The notes under the pieces were generated by a model. It was not told where the DNA came from. It was given only the letters and a program-made list of their open reading frames with translations, and made no database searches. From Octopus vulgaris (Eukaryota): a stretch of DNA of 64,000 bases. The stretch spans positions 13,950,001 through 14,014,000 of the forward strand of contig OX597816.1 in assembly GCA_951406725.2 (NCBI GenBank), in the 5' to 3' direction. Shown in pieces: positions 12,771-26,007 of this stretch (its first letter is position 1; each line of letters starts with the position of its first letter). The position numbers were made by a program, and so were the translations under genes.

Positions 12771-14096
12771 ATGTGTGCTTTTTCTTCACCATACAGTCGC
12801 TTCTTACCCCGGAATCTGTCTTATTCGGAGGAAATATACCTAAACGGAATACCCATTAAGCGTCAACCCGAAGTTCCTAAAGCGCTCGACAAGTTTCCGT
12901 CTAAGCGTCGCAATCTTCTCTTAAACAGCATCATCATGGCAGACACGGCGGATGATAAAGATCCGGATGAGTACCGGGTAAAAGACTATATTCCTTCGTT
13001 TGACGAAGGAATTTATATCAATTTAATGGACGATCTTAGTTTGGAATCCGATAAACATGAAGGACAGACTGACGACAGCGGAGATTCAAACGGTATTTTA
13101 AAACGCTTCACTAATTATGCCACTCACCTGCAGCCACTGTCAGCTGGTGCTGAAGGAAATGCTACTGGGTCTATGGCAAACGGAGACAATGACAAGTCCA
13201 CTGTTAATAGCCCGCTTCACTCCTTACCGGCTGCAGGAAACAGTTTGGAAGAAACTGTTAGCGGGGAAGCCCCAATGGCCGGAGTTTGTGCGGAAAGAGT
13301 ATGTGCGGAAAATACGAATTGCTCTTCAAGTCGAAACATTGTTAGTAGTGTACAAGAATATTTTTCAAATAGTCCAAGGAATGATACAAAACTACTCGAC
13401 CTCCTCTCCCCACAGAGTCCAATTTACGATGACGATGAATTTAACTTCTCTAGAACCCAACTTAGAAAATCGACCTCCTTGAAGACAACAAAAACCCCTC
13501 CGGGGACTCCCCGTAGGAAGAAAGTTGTACGTTTTGCCGACGTTATGGGACTGGATTTGGAATCTGTAATTCACGTCTTAAATATGGACTCTCCGCCGAA
13601 AATTCCCGCTTCTGCACTCGCAGACTTACAGTCCGGTATAGAAAGTGATCGAAAATCGATGGGTGCACGGTATCTCACAGCATGTTTCGCTCAACCATCC
13701 GCCAATGAGGGATTCATGGGACGGGTGTGCGCAGAGAAAGTGTGCTTGGAAAATGCCGTTATATCTGATCTGACAATTACAGGCATTATTCGAGTGGCTA
13801 ACATCGGTTTCCACAAAATAGTTCAAGTGCGTTATACAACGGATGATTGGAAAATTCACCATGATATCATAGCTTCTTACGTTCATAGTTCGTGTGACGG
13901 CCCTACGGACAGGTTTTCTTTCAGTATTGTTACCCCAGCTGACTTCAGTGTGGGTTCTCGTCTGGAATTAGCGATATCTTACACTTGTGGAGATATCGTG
14001 TACTGGGATAGCAATCATGGGGAGAACTATGTGTTTCAGTGCTTTGCTAAAGCAGGGGTGACCGAAACAGAAAATGCGTGGACGCATTTTCTTTAA
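12771..14096 (+). CDS. PPP1R3: Glycogen-targeting protein phosphatase 1 regulatory subunit (PPP1R3 family, Gbs-76A-like), 441 aa, single coding exon
   Basis: Uninterrupted 441-aa ORF with a gccATG start. PP1-docking RVxF motif in KTPPGTPRRKKVVRFADVMGLDL (~13490-13560). C-terminal CBM21 signature: VCLEN..GIIRVANIGFHK.VQVRYTTDDW..DRFSF..LELAISY..YWDSNHGENY. N-terminal LPRNLS motif. The exact paralogue cannot be assigned. Confidence 0.95.
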   Translation: MCAFSSPYSRFLPRNLSYSEEIYLNGIPIKRQPEVPKALDKFPSKRRNLLLNSIIMADTADDKDPDEYRVKDYIPSFDEGIYINLMDDLSLESDKHEGQTDDSGDSNGILKRFTNYATHLQPLSAGAEGNATGSMANGDNDKSTVNSPLHSLPAAGNSLEETVSGEAPMAGVCAERVCAENTNCSSSRNIVSSVQEYFSNSPRNDTKLLDLLSPQSPIYDDDEFNFSRTQLRKSTSLKTTKTPPGTPRRKKVVRFADVMGLDLESVIHVLNMDSPPKIPASALADLQSGIESDRKSMGARYLTACFAQPSANEGFMGRVCAEKVCLENAVISDLTITGIIRVANIGFHKIVQVRYTTDDWKIHHDIIASYVHSSCDGPTDRFSFSIVTPADFSVGSRLELAISYTCGDIVYWDSNHGENYVFQCFAKAGVTETENAWTHFL

Positions 14097-14796
14097 GAGC
14101 AAATATCTGGAAAATAAGAATGTTAAGTATTAATTATATTAAAAAAGTAACATTGAAAAACAAACAAACATGTATTAGAATTGCAAGAAGGTAGCAAAAT
14201 TGATAAAAAAATTTTCTTTAACAAAAGCAAAAAAAAAAAAAAAAAAAAAAATCAATTAAAAAAACCTATTTATAACGGGAAGGACCTCAGAAACTTTATC
14301 AAAGAGTGCTAAAACGATGTGATAGAAAGAAAAAAAAAAAAAAAAGCTTTCGACAGCGAAATTTAAACACCTAAAACAAAAAAAAAAATAAATAAATAAA
14401 AACCACAAAGAGAAAAAATTATATCAAACTTAATATTTTTATTACAATTTTTTTGAAGATGAAAGAATGAAAAAAAAAAAAAAAAATTTAATAAACCGAG
14501 GTTACAGCCTAAGGATTTATAGTCTACGGTTCAATTTTCTCTCTGGCTAATAACATTTGTGGCCAAAAGGCAAGTACTTTTTGAAATTATTTCATTCATT
14601 CATTTATTTATATATATATAGTTTAAGTGTGATTTTTCTATTTGTATATTATGGTCTTATTGAGAAAGCATTGTTATTATTATGTGATGTTTTATTTTTT
14701 TCGCTTTGATAATACTGAAAAATATCCTTATACAATGCGTGCATGTATGTTTACACTATCCATGCTTAATACACATGTATTTTTGATGCATCCTCG

Positions 14797-15142
14797 TCTA
14801 TCTATTTATCTATCTATCTATCTATCTATCTACCTGTCTGTCTCTCTCTCTCTCTATCTATCTCTCTATCTATCTACATACATACCTATCTATCTATCTA
14901 CATACCTATCTATCTATCTACATACATACCTATCTATCTATCTACATACATACCTATCTATCTATCTACATACATACCTATCTCTCTCTCTATCTATCTA
15001 CATACATACCTCCCTCTCTATCTACCTATCTACATACATATCTATCTATCTCTCTCCCTCTCTATCTACCTATCTACATACATACCTATCTCTCTCTCTC
15101 CCTATCTATCTACCTACCTACCTATCTACATACATATATCTA
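14797..15142. repeat. (TCTA/TACA/CCTA)n compound microsatellite
   Basis: Direct reading. Confidence 0.9.
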
Positions 15143-15938
15143 TTTTTCTGTATGAGAGAGAGAGAGATTTTGATGTTCTTCCGTGTGTATATATTTATAC
15201 ATGCTCTTTATTGACAGATATATTTTTGTATTTGTGCTTTTATACACTCTCGTATAATACAGGATTGTTGATATATATATATATACACACAGATTCTTAT
15301 ACACTCTAAAACATCTCGCTTATGTAATGCGTGCACGTGCGCACACCCGCGCATCCAAGCAAGCATGCATCTGCATGCAGTCAAAACGTTTTCTTTCGTT
15401 CAGACATTTCTGTCAAGGAATTTTCACTAAACGTAGGGAATCTCCGATGTTATTTAACACTAGACCAAACTTGACGCAATAGACCTATCACCATAACGTT
15501 TTTTTTTCTTAAATGTAGAATTATATTACCAAATGTCTTTCTTCAAAGACGGTCGAATGCGAATTAGAAGATTTGGCTGTTATTTCTAGCCGCTAAAAAG
15601 GAAACGACCTCGACGCGCGACCCTGGCTGACATGGTTTTACTGTTACTTTCGTTTCACCTGATTGTAAACAATGACAAACAGCCAATAGCAAATTAGTAT
15701 AAACAAGTCCGTTCGATTACTACAATCATGTTGTACTTTACATCTTGATCGAATGAATTACTGGTCGGAGAGTCTGAATGGAAACCAGGAATAAAAGTGA
15801 TCCGTGACCGTGAATATTATACGGAAAGTGTAGGTGGCTCTCTGGTGCGCGTGTCTGTACTTACTGTGCTACATTCATACGTGTCGAATTTTTCTTTGTA
15901 CTTTTCTTTCTTTCATTAAAGACATTTAAGTCGTAATT

Positions 15939-15982
<44 letters not shown>

Positions 15983-16082
15983 TATATATACTCATTACAG
16001 ATATAGGGGGAAAATTAAAAAAAAATTTTCGGTATGTAGTCAAGCAACTTGTTGCTAAACCCTTATTATAATTATATATATA

Positions 16083-16129
<47 letters not shown>

Positions 16130-16422
16130 TTGAAACACTCCTGTCACAACCTGGGACCTTGAAGACTGCTTAAATGCAAGAAAGTATACTAGTCCCTTAA
16201 TATTTGATATTCAGTATTTCATCTATTCAATAAGACAACCAATACTTCATTTCATTTTACTATATATACTATTTATATTATATATTCTATGTTCTACATT
16301 AATATTATAAGAATATAAATAAAACATAAAAAACAGAGTTGGAATTACTTTGAATAATATATATCCCTCTATACACAATCATACAAACCCCTTTTTATTT
16401 ATATACATATATTTATATATAA

Positions 16423-16650
16423 TTCGTTTTTGGATTTGGTTTGCAAGATTCTTTATGTGAGTTCGTGTATTGAAGCATATTTTGTTGTGTCTGGAGAGAA
16501 TCATTCTCTTTTAGTACCTTATAATTTAACATACCCACCCACCGGTAAAGTTTCCACTCATTTACTTATTTAATGAGTGGAAACTTTACCGGTGAATGTG
16601 TTAAATAATAAGGCACTAAAAGAGAATGACTCTCCCCAGACACAACTATA
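16423..16650. repeat. Dispersed repeat family X forming a fold-back with ~78-bp arms (Penelope-like)
   Basis: Arms ~16483-16562 and ~16572-16647. The family recurs, inverted each time, at 34370-34890, 36873-36975 and 60230-60930. Confidence 0.7.
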
Positions 16651-16702
16651 TATATAGCCACAACACATTCTTTATTTTCTGTCCTTGTTTCTTTCTGTGT
16701 TC

Positions 16703-16738
16703 CTTTCTGTGGAAGAGCGTAGGCTCGAAACGTTAAAG
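16703..16738 (+). ncRNA. Candidate variant minimal hammerhead ribozyme
   Basis: cttt-CTGTGGA-A-GAGC(gtag)GCTC-GAAA-CG-TT-aaag; decayed sister copy at 48773-48808. Confidence 0.45.
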
Positions 16739-18039
16739 ACTTTTTCACTTCCCAAGCGTTAAACTAATACATCTGATTGTTGTCTACATCATCTGTCTTC
16801 GTATTTTTCGTGAATTCTCCCCCTACATACATATATACATACATTACACAAGATGAAAGCGCGCTGTATAGTGTAGGCGTGTATGTATAGATATTTGTGT
16901 GTGTGCGTATACAGAAAGAGGGAGAGAGAGAAGGAAAATTGAATGAATAAAGAACTTAATACAATTGTAGAGTGTGGTATTTAATTGCATCGTCATTGAC
17001 ACAGCGAAGTGTCGCCGAGTACGCGGCTTACTCAAACTTGTTCAAATGTGACATGCAGTGGACGAACTCGAAACCGCGGGTTTGGTCCCATTGCATGCAT
17101 GTGTGTGTATGTAAAGTATATGTATATATGTGAATAAGTATATGTATGTATATATATAATCATTTTATGTTCATCTATTTTCCATGCTTGTGGAGACGTT
17201 AGGCCGATCTTTCTCCAACACTTCCTATCACTATTTTTTGCGGTTCTTTGTAATCCCCTCAATCTACTGGTCAATGGGCGTAGTGAGGGTTTTGTCCAAC
17301 CTCTCTGTTACCCTAAATAACTACCCCCGCTTCCTTAGACATCACACACCTTTGACTGCAACCAACATACACACACACATAGAGAAGCGGGCATGTGTAA
17401 TCTACACACCCACGCCACATCACTCGGGTTCTTTCCAATTAGATCACATTCCATTTTTTTAAAAAACCAGCGGTCGTCCTCCATATGTGCTACATGTCAA
17501 TACAGGTTGCATCTGATGGTGATACTTCGATACTGGTTTACCGAGTGTCTGTATGAGGGGACAACGTCCTTCACCCTTATTTTCAGCCTCACCTCTTTAT
17601 GTTATTAGAGAAGGTTGTGTGGGTGCATGACGTCATGTACTAATAACGAAAGGTTTCCGATCGGATTTCTCCTTTACCTAATTTTCTTTTTTCTTAGCTC
17701 CTACTCTGTCTTTTATGCTCACTCCTGTTAGATATTCAGAACAGCATGCTCGCCTCATTTCTTTCCAAACTTTGCTCATCTTCTGCAGATAGTGCCCATG
17801 TTCCACTTCCATACAGCATTACATTCCATACGTTAACATCATATAACTCTACCCTTCACTTAGAAAGTGAATATCTTTTTTATTTAACCCCTAACCAGCC
17901 CTGTTAATGAAGATCTATGATCAAAAGCATTCCATCTGGAACCATACAGTTTTTTTTTTCTTGCATGCCAGACCATATTCTCTAATGACCCAGTGTTACC
18001 ATTTTTAAGATGGTGGGCATGATTCGAAGTGAAGACATA

Positions 18040-18446
18040 GGCGCAGGAGTGGCTGTGTGGTAAGTAACTTGCTTACCAACCACTGGTTTTGGGTTCATTC
18101 CCACTGCGTGGCACCTTGGGCAAATCTTCTACCATAGCCTCGGGCCAACCAAAGCCTCGTGAATGGATTTGGTAGACGGAAACTGAAAGAAGCCTGTCAT
18201 ATATATGTATATATGTGTGTGTGTCTGTATATGTTTGTGTGGCTGTGTTTGTCCCCCCAACATCACTTGACAACCAATGGTGGTGTCTTTATGTCCCCGT
18301 AACTTAGCAGTTTGGCAAAAGAAGACCGATAGAATAAGTACTAGGCTTACAAAGAATAAGTCCTGGGGTTGATTTGCTCCACTAAAGATGGTGCTCCAGC
18401 ATGGCTGCAGTCAAAATGACTGAAACAAGTAAAAGAGTAAAAAGAG
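18040..18446 (+). mobile_element. SINE family A
   Basis: Full-length match to 1107-1508. Confidence 0.85.
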
Positions 18447-18739
18447 GGCCTAGTTGTTAGTGTGTTGTACTCATGACCACAGGATCGTGGTTTCAATTCT
18501 TGAACCAGGCAGTGCTATGTGAGCAAAATACTTCCTTTCACATTGTTCCAGTCCACCCATCTGTAAATGAGTAACCCCTGTGATGACCAGCATCATTTTC
18601 AGGAGAAAATTTGTGGTCTCAGCTAGTTACACATCTTAGAAACCGGATAACAGGCCCTATGAATGTTTGGACATGCGACAGTAATGACCGGAGGTTGAAA
18701 ATGATGCATGATTTGAAGGAGAGATTTAGCTACTATTTC

Positions 18740-19590
18740 TAGTCTCACTTGAAAAATCCTTCTGTCACTCACTGAAGTAAAAGCTCTCTGCACCTTTTCC
18801 TCCACTCTGCTTTTAGAACCCCCACTACCAATTAATTAGGTTACCTAGGTAACAGAAGTTTTCATCTGCTCCTATGAAACCTTCAGAGCATTTGAGAGAA
18901 TTTTTGTGGGGTTTCTAACTCCGATCTTCTTGGTCATATTTGCTACATAAGAAGTCTTTTTTATATTTCTGAGTCTGCCTGTGATGCTAGCAGACCTTTG
19001 TGTTCTCATATTTTATATTAGATATACCGTGAAGAATCCCTACTTAATCCTCTTCTGTCTATTGATTATAGCCACTTCCCATATGGCAGTGGAATCATTA
19101 TTATTTCCTTCTATATTCTTCCAGGGTCGACTTTGCCTTTCATCCTTTTCTGGGTCGATAAATTAAGTACCAGTGATATTTAGGCCTTGTACCTATTGTA
19201 GGAAGGATCATTTCCTTCTATATAAAACTTTTGTCTTTGAGGACTCTTGGATCTAGGCTTTGCTTCCGGGTTTGAAAGTTTTTCTCTGAGTCTTCAGTAG
19301 ATTCAGGGGTGAGAACTAGATCAATGGCATGCCTACATCTAGCTATTCAAACTCCTTTATTATAACCCTGAGAACTAAAACAAGTGAGGGCTGATAACCA
19401 AGCCTTGATGGACACCTCTCTGCATGGTAAATTCCTCACGGTACTTGGTAGCAATTCTGACTATACTGACAATATATCTGATCATGGTTCTCACAGTATG
19501 TTCATCTACACCAGTGTAGTACAATCCCAAAAGTTTTCCGTAGTTTGAAAAATACCAGTTATAGTGGCTTATGGTTGGCTAAAACTTCTG
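18740..19590 (-). mobile_element. Old RTE LINE remnants
   Basis: Minus strand contains FCYLG-like coding (TTCTGTTACCTAGGTAACCTAATT), also seen on + at ~950-1070. Heavily decayed. Confidence 0.45.
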
Positions 19591-20233
19591 CAGTTGTTTG
19601 ACTGGGAAGAGGCCATCAGTGATATGCTGTTTCAACACAAATCCAGACCACATCCTAATATTCTGTACTTTTTATGCTATTTGTAAATATATTTTATGTA
19701 TAATGTATATATTTGTTTATCTTTCTGAATGTATGTGGATATATGTGTATGTCTATCTGTCTGTCTGTATGTATGTGTCAAGCTTAATCGTGTTTATCTA
19801 CATCACTATCTACCCATTTATATATATATATATATATTTCTTTACTACCCACAAGGGGCTAAACACAGAGGGGACAAACAAGGACAGACAAAAGGATTAA
19901 GTCGACTACATCGACCCCAGTGTGTAACTGGTACTTAATTTATCGACCCCGAAAGTTTGAAAGGCAATTTCGACCTCAGCGGAATTTGAACTCGGAACGT
20001 AACGACAGACGGATGATATCACCAAATAGCCACTTCTCATTGTTATTTATTTCTCCATTTTCTTATCATCTTAATATACATTAAACCACGGTTTACCTTT
20101 TAAATTACCCACTACCGTATACCTTATGACGAGGACCATACATACTGAGGTAATTACCAGAAGTGCCTCTGGATACATCTGTCCTTTAGACGGTTTTGAT
20201 ATATCTAAGTTATATCTTATATATATATATATA

Positions 20234-21478
20234 TCATCATCATTTAGCGTCCGTTTTCCATGCTAGCATAGGTTGGACAGTTCAATTGGGGTCTGTGAAG
20301 CCAGAAGGCTGCATCAGGCCCAGTCTGATCTGGCAGTGTTTCTACGGCTGGATGCCCTTCCTAACGCCAACCACTCCATGAGTGTAGTGGGTGCTTTTTA
20401 CATGCCACCCGCACAGGTGCCAGACGGAGCTGGCAAAAGGCCACGAACGGATGGTGCTTTTATGTGCCACCGGAACGGGGGCCAGGCGAGGCTGGCAACG
20501 GACACGAACGGATGGTGCTTTTACGTGCCACCAGCACGGAGGCCAGTCGGGGCGGCGCTGGCAACGGCCACGAACGGATGATGCTTTTTACGTGCCGAGA
20601 CCTCTGGAGATATGCTGTGATTGTGAAGACCTGACAAATAAAGTGAGTTCATGGCTTGCAGGATGGCCTGCTGTGCTAACCTTGGATCTTAGAGTGACCT
20701 GTTGTGCTTGAGGAGACCTATTGAGTCAAGTACATCAACATCAAAATAAAAGTCAAATGGAAATTGTAGTTGTGATACCTGTGCCAGTGGCATGTAAAAA
20801 ACACCATCTGAATGTGGCTGATGCCAGCGCTGCCTTGACTAGCATCCGTGCTGGTAGCATGGAAAAAGCACCAACCAATCGTGGACGTTGCCAGCCTCCC
20901 CTAGCCCCTGTGCCGGTGGCACATATAAAGCACTCTCTACACTCACATCCAGCTGTAGAAACACTCCCAGATCAGACTGGAGCCCGGTGCAGCCTCCTGA
21001 CTTCCCAGACCCCGGTCAAACCGTCCAATCCATGCTAGCATGGGGTTGGACGAATGACTGAGGACTGGTGAACCAGATGGCTTCACCAGGCTTCAGTCTT
21101 GATCTGGCAGAGTTTTACAGCTGGATGCCCTTCCTAATGCCATATATATATATATGTTGCCAGTGGCACGTAAAAAGCACCATCCGTTCGTGTCCGTTAC
21201 CAGCCTCGCCTGGGCCCCGTGCCGGTGGCACATAAAAAGCACCATCCGTTCATGGCCGTTTGCCAGCTCTGTCTGGCACCTGTGTGGGTGGCACGTAAAA
21301 AGCACCCACTACACTCACAGAGTGGTTGGCGTTAGGAAGGGCATCCAGCCGTAGAAACACTGCCAGATCAGACTGGGGCCTGATGCAGCCTCCTGGCTTC
21401 ACAGACCCCAGTAGAACCGTCCAACCCATGCTAGCATGGAAAACGGATGCTAAACGATGATGATGATGATGATGATGA
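20234..21478. mobile_element. Cluster of about four family D copies in alternating orientation
   Basis: Repeated GTGCCGGTGGCACGTAAAAAGCACC subrepeats, AGGAAGGGCATCCAG motifs and (GAT)n/(ATC)n tails. Confidence 0.8.
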
Positions 21479-21544
21479 TTGAAAAAGGGACAGTGATAAA
21501 GAGACTCAAATTCTAATGTATGTTTGTGTGTTTGTGTAGGTATC

Positions 21545-21915
21545 TTTTGTCCTTTACTAGTTTCAGGCGTTAAACTGTGGCCATGTTGGGGCACTGCCTT
21601 GAAGAATTTTTAGTCAAATAAATCAACCCCCAGGACTTATTTTTAAAAGCCTGATACTTATTCTACTGGTCTCTTTTGCCCAACTGCTAAGTTGGGGACG
21701 TAAATGCACCAACACCAGTTATCAAGCTGTGGTGGGGGACAAACAGAGGCACACATGTACACACACACACATGACAGGCTTCTTTCAGTTTCCGTCTACC
21801 AAATCTACTCACAAGGCTTTAGTCAGTCAGAGTCTAGAAAAGAAGACTCTTGCCCAGTGGGACTGAACCTGTAACTATGTTGTTGTGAAGCAGACTTCCT
21901 ACCACACAACCACAC
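21545..21915 (-). mobile_element. SINE family A, diverged
   Basis: Reverse-complement match with CpG decay. Confidence 0.75.
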
Positions 21916-21941
21916 CATTGTATTAATTTCTCAATTGAAGA

Positions 21942-22410
21942 AAGGCAGTGAGCTGGCAGAATCGTTAGTACACTGGGCGAAATTCTTAGCGGTATTTCGT
22001 CTGCCGCTACGTTCTGAGTTCAAATTCTACCGAGGTCAACTTTGCTTTTCATCCTTTCGAGGTCAACTTTGCTTTTCATCCTTTCGGGGTCAATTAAATA
22101 AGTACCAGTTATGCACTGGGGTAGATATAATCGACTTAATCTGTTTGTCTGTCCTTGTTTGTCCCCTCTGTGTGTAGCCCCTTTTGGGCAGTAAAGAAAT
22201 AAGAAATGTTATCACGCCGGGCACAATACTTTGTGGTATTTCGTCTGTCTTTATGTTCTGAGTTCAAATTCCGCTGAGGTTGACTTTGCATTTTATCCTT
22301 TCGGGGTCGATAAATTAAATACCAGTTGTATTTATAATACTGGGGTCGATCTAATCGACTGGCTCCCTTCCCCCAAAATTTCAGGCCTCGTTACCTAGAG
22401 CAGAAAAGAA
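21942..22410 (+). mobile_element. SINE family B tandem pair
   Basis: Two head-to-tail copies; the first has a 27-bp internal duplication (CGAGGTCAACTTTGCTTTTCATCCTTT x2). Confidence 0.8.
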
Positions 22411-23910
22411 TTTCTGGGTTGAAGAATAACCATTGTTATACACTGATATGTTGCAAATAGCCACCCGGCTTCATAAAAATCTGTTACCAAAGTTTACTAA
22501 ATTCTTCATTATGTTCAAAAATAATTTAATCAAAAACCTTATTTTTCAATGAAATTGTGGTACCAAAAAAAGGTTAATAGCTTCCTCAGTAGAGTAACTA
22601 ACATAAAGCTGAACACCATATGGGTACCTTTAAGAAAGGAAGGGCATGAAAGCCACAAACATTGCCTAAAACCCTATGAAAGAATGAGATAATGAATACA
22701 AATATTAAGTATTCCGTGTACTTAGCAGGTGGGCGTGAAATCAGATTCTGTGGCAGCCAGATAATATATTCTCTGGCTGAAGTAGAATGGGCAAATGATG
22801 TGACAAGTAGGAGAACATCATTTGAATGGATAATAGAATAAGATTAATCTAGCTCTGTGGATTTAATAATCAGTTAGGTTTGAAATTCCAAGAACATTAC
22901 TGAATATGACAGGTGCCAAAGGAAAGCTTGAAGATAAAATGGTCGAAACATTATGGCTATGATGGCCAAAATAGGGACAATGGTCTGATATATTTGTGTA
23001 GAATATCAACATCATCATCATTTTGGTGTCTCATTTTCCAAAGACATTGTAGCTTCGTGTTGTCTTCAGACTCACTGGCTCCTGTGGCACTGTCCAACCC
23101 ATGCCAGCATGGCAAACAGCAGTTTAAAGATGATGATGATGATGGTGATGGTTATATGTATTTTTCATATATCATCTTGTTATTATTATTATCATCATTA
23201 TTATTATTATTATTATTGTTATCATTATGAAGGTGGAGAGCTGGCAGAATCGTTTGCGTTTTGAATGAAGTGCTTAGAAGTATTTTGCCCGTCCCTACAT
23301 TCTGAGTTCAAATTCCACCGAGCTTGACTTTGCCTTTCATCCTTTCAGGGTCGATGAAATAAATACCAGTTGAGCATCGAGGGTCAATGTAATCAACTCT
23401 CCCACCCCCAAAAATATTGGTCTTGTGTCAAAAATTGAAAGCATTATTATTATTATTATTATTAAGAAGGTAGTGAGCTGGCAGAATCATTAACACGCTA
23501 AGCAAAATGCTTAGCGGTATTTCGCCCTTCACTATGTTTTGAGTTCAAATTCCACCGAGGTTGACTTTGTCTTTCATCCTTTCAGGGTCGGTGAAATAAG
23601 TACCAGTTAAGCATTGGGGTCAATGTAATTGACTAGTCCCCTCCCCCAAAATTTCAAGAGACCAATAGAATAAGTACTAGGCTTACAAAGAATAAGTCCC
23701 GGGGTCGAGTTGCTCGACTAAAGGCGGTGCTCCAGCAAGGCCACAGTCAAATGACTGAAACAAGTAAAAGAGTATACTGACTATGCTTTCTGCATTCTTT
23801 TTTTCTATATAAAGTCCACAGGCTTCATCTGGAAGAAGAGATAAGAGTCAAGTGCAGAACTGATCTACTCTTTGGTAACATTAGGTGCAGCTTTTAAACT
23901 CATTCTCTCT

Positions 23911-24113
23911 TTTCTCTTTTACTTGTTTCAGTCATTTGACTGCAGCCATGCTGGAGCACTGCCTTTAGTCAAGCAAATCGACCCCGGGATTTATTCTTTG
24001 TAAGCCCAGTACTTATTCTATCAGTCTCTTTTTGCCGAACCGCTAGGTAATGGGGACATAAACACACCAGCATCAGTTGTCAAGCAATGCTAGGGGGACA
24101 AACACATACACGC

Positions 24114-24146
<33 letters not shown>

Positions 24147-24315
24147 TATATACGACAGGCTTCTTTCAGTTTCCGTCTATCAAATCCACTCACAAGGCTT
24201 TGGTCGGCCCGAGGCTATAGTAGAAGACACTTGCCCAAGGTGCCACGCAGTGGGACTGAACCCAGAACCATGTGGTTGGTAAACAAGCTACTTACCACAC
24301 AGCCACTCCTGCGCC
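23911..24315 (-). mobile_element. SINE family A
   Basis: Full-length reverse-complement match. Confidence 0.85.
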
Positions 24316-24697
24316 TATACCCGAAGATTTATTCACAATATATCGGAATTGGTTGCTGATTGAATCACGACTGAAGTTTTAAATTGTTCTATTTATAGCT
24401 AGAAAAAAATCTATATATAGCATCCAGATTGAGCTTTACACATGCTGTCTACAGAAGTGTAGCCACGGAACTCGGATAGCAACTCACTCGGGCTCAGTTT
24501 TGAATAAATTATTGACTCTACATTAGTGTATTGAGTATTCTTATTTTCCTAATTCCACAATGAATCCCTACATGGTTTCGATTCATTTCAATTGATATTA
24601 ATGTCATATATGTACGATTCTTTCTTTGGGATTTCTTAAAAATTTTTGAGAGGTAGGGCAAGTCAGTTAGACTTGCAGAATGCAGAACCGACTTCCA

Positions 24698-25154
24698 TGC
24701 CAGTGGCACATAAAAGGCACCATTCGAGTGTGATCGTTACCAGCGTCGCCTTACTGGCACTTGAGCCCCGTGCTAGTAGGGTGTTAAGCGCACCATCCAA
24801 GTGTGATCATTGCCAGAGCGGCTAACTGGCTTCCGTGCCGGTGGCACATAAAAGGCACTATTCGAACGTGATAGTTACCAGCGTCGCCTTACTGGCACCT
24901 GTGCCAGTGGCATGTGTTAAAAGACTCGAGTGAGGTCATTGCCAGTACCACCTGACTGGCCCCTGTGCCGATGGCACGTAAAAGCATCCACTACACTCTC
25001 AGAGTGGTTGGCATTAGGAAAGGCATCCAGCTGTAGAAACTCTGCCAGATCAAGATTGGAGCCTGGTTGCAGCCATCTAGTTCACCAGTCCTCAGTCAAA
25101 ACGTCAAACCCATTCCAGCATGGAAAGCGGACGTTAAACGATAATGATGATGAA
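24698..25154 (+). mobile_element. Family D (RTE 3' end) copy
   Basis: Same motifs and tail; same subfamily as 60418-60843. Confidence 0.8.
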
Positions 25155-25399
25155 TGAACATGTGTTTTGTGTAGCTGGCAGACATCAATTATGTGAGCAT
25201 AAGACCCCAGGACTTGACAGATACTTATTTTATCGACCTTCAAAGGATGAATAGTAAGGTTGGCCACAGTGGAATTTGCACTCACAATATCAATGCCACT
25301 GAGCATTTTGTCTAACGAGCTAATGGTTCTATCAGTTCAGTCATTGCCTGACCCCATGCCAAAAATAATAAAGCTTTTAATATAGTATGGCTATATAAG

Positions 25400-26007
25400 T
25401 GGAGGCACATGGCCTAGTGGTTAGAGCAGCAAACTCATGGTCAGAGAATCGTGGTTTCGATTCCCAGACCGGGCGTTGTGTGTGTTTATTGAGCGAAAAC
25501 ACCTAAAGCTCCACGAGGTTCTGGCAAGGGGTGGTGGCGACCCCTGTTGTACTCTTTTGCCACATATTTCTCTCACTCTCTCTTCCTATTTCTTGAGTAA
25601 TGCTACGATGGACTGGCATCCCGTCCAGCTGGAGGGGAACACATACGCTACAGAAACCGGGAAACCAGGCCCATGAGCCCGGCTAGGCTTGAAAAGGGCG
25701 AAAAGTAAAAAAAATATAAGTGGAGGCATATGGCCTAGTGGTTAGAGCAGTGGACTCGCAGTCGAGGGATCACAGGTTCGAATCTCAGACCGGGCAATGT
25801 GTGTGTTTATGAGTGAAACACGGCTCTGGCAGAAGGTAATGGCAAGCTTCTGCTGACTCTTTCGCCACAACTTTCTCTCAGTGTTTCCTCCTGCATCTTG
25901 CAGCTCACCTGCGATGGACCGGCATCCCATCCAGGTGGGGAACCTATATGCCAAGGAAACCGGGACACTGGCCCTAATGAGCTAGGCATGGCTTGAGAAG
26001 GAACAAA
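25400..26007 (+). mobile_element. Two tandem SINE family C variants
   Basis: Heads GTGGAGGCACATGGCCTAGTGGTTAGAGCAG at ~25400 and ~25720; ATGGCTATATAA on both flanks. Confidence 0.8.

Noticed and set aside
14642-15214. 190-aa ORF downstream of PPP1R3
   Set aside because: Mostly tetranucleotide repeat with a non-ATG start.
15325-15680. E-box/HRE (CACGTG) and FoxO-like (GTAAACA) sites near PPP1R3
   Set aside because: Motifs this short are expected by chance; no conservation evidence.
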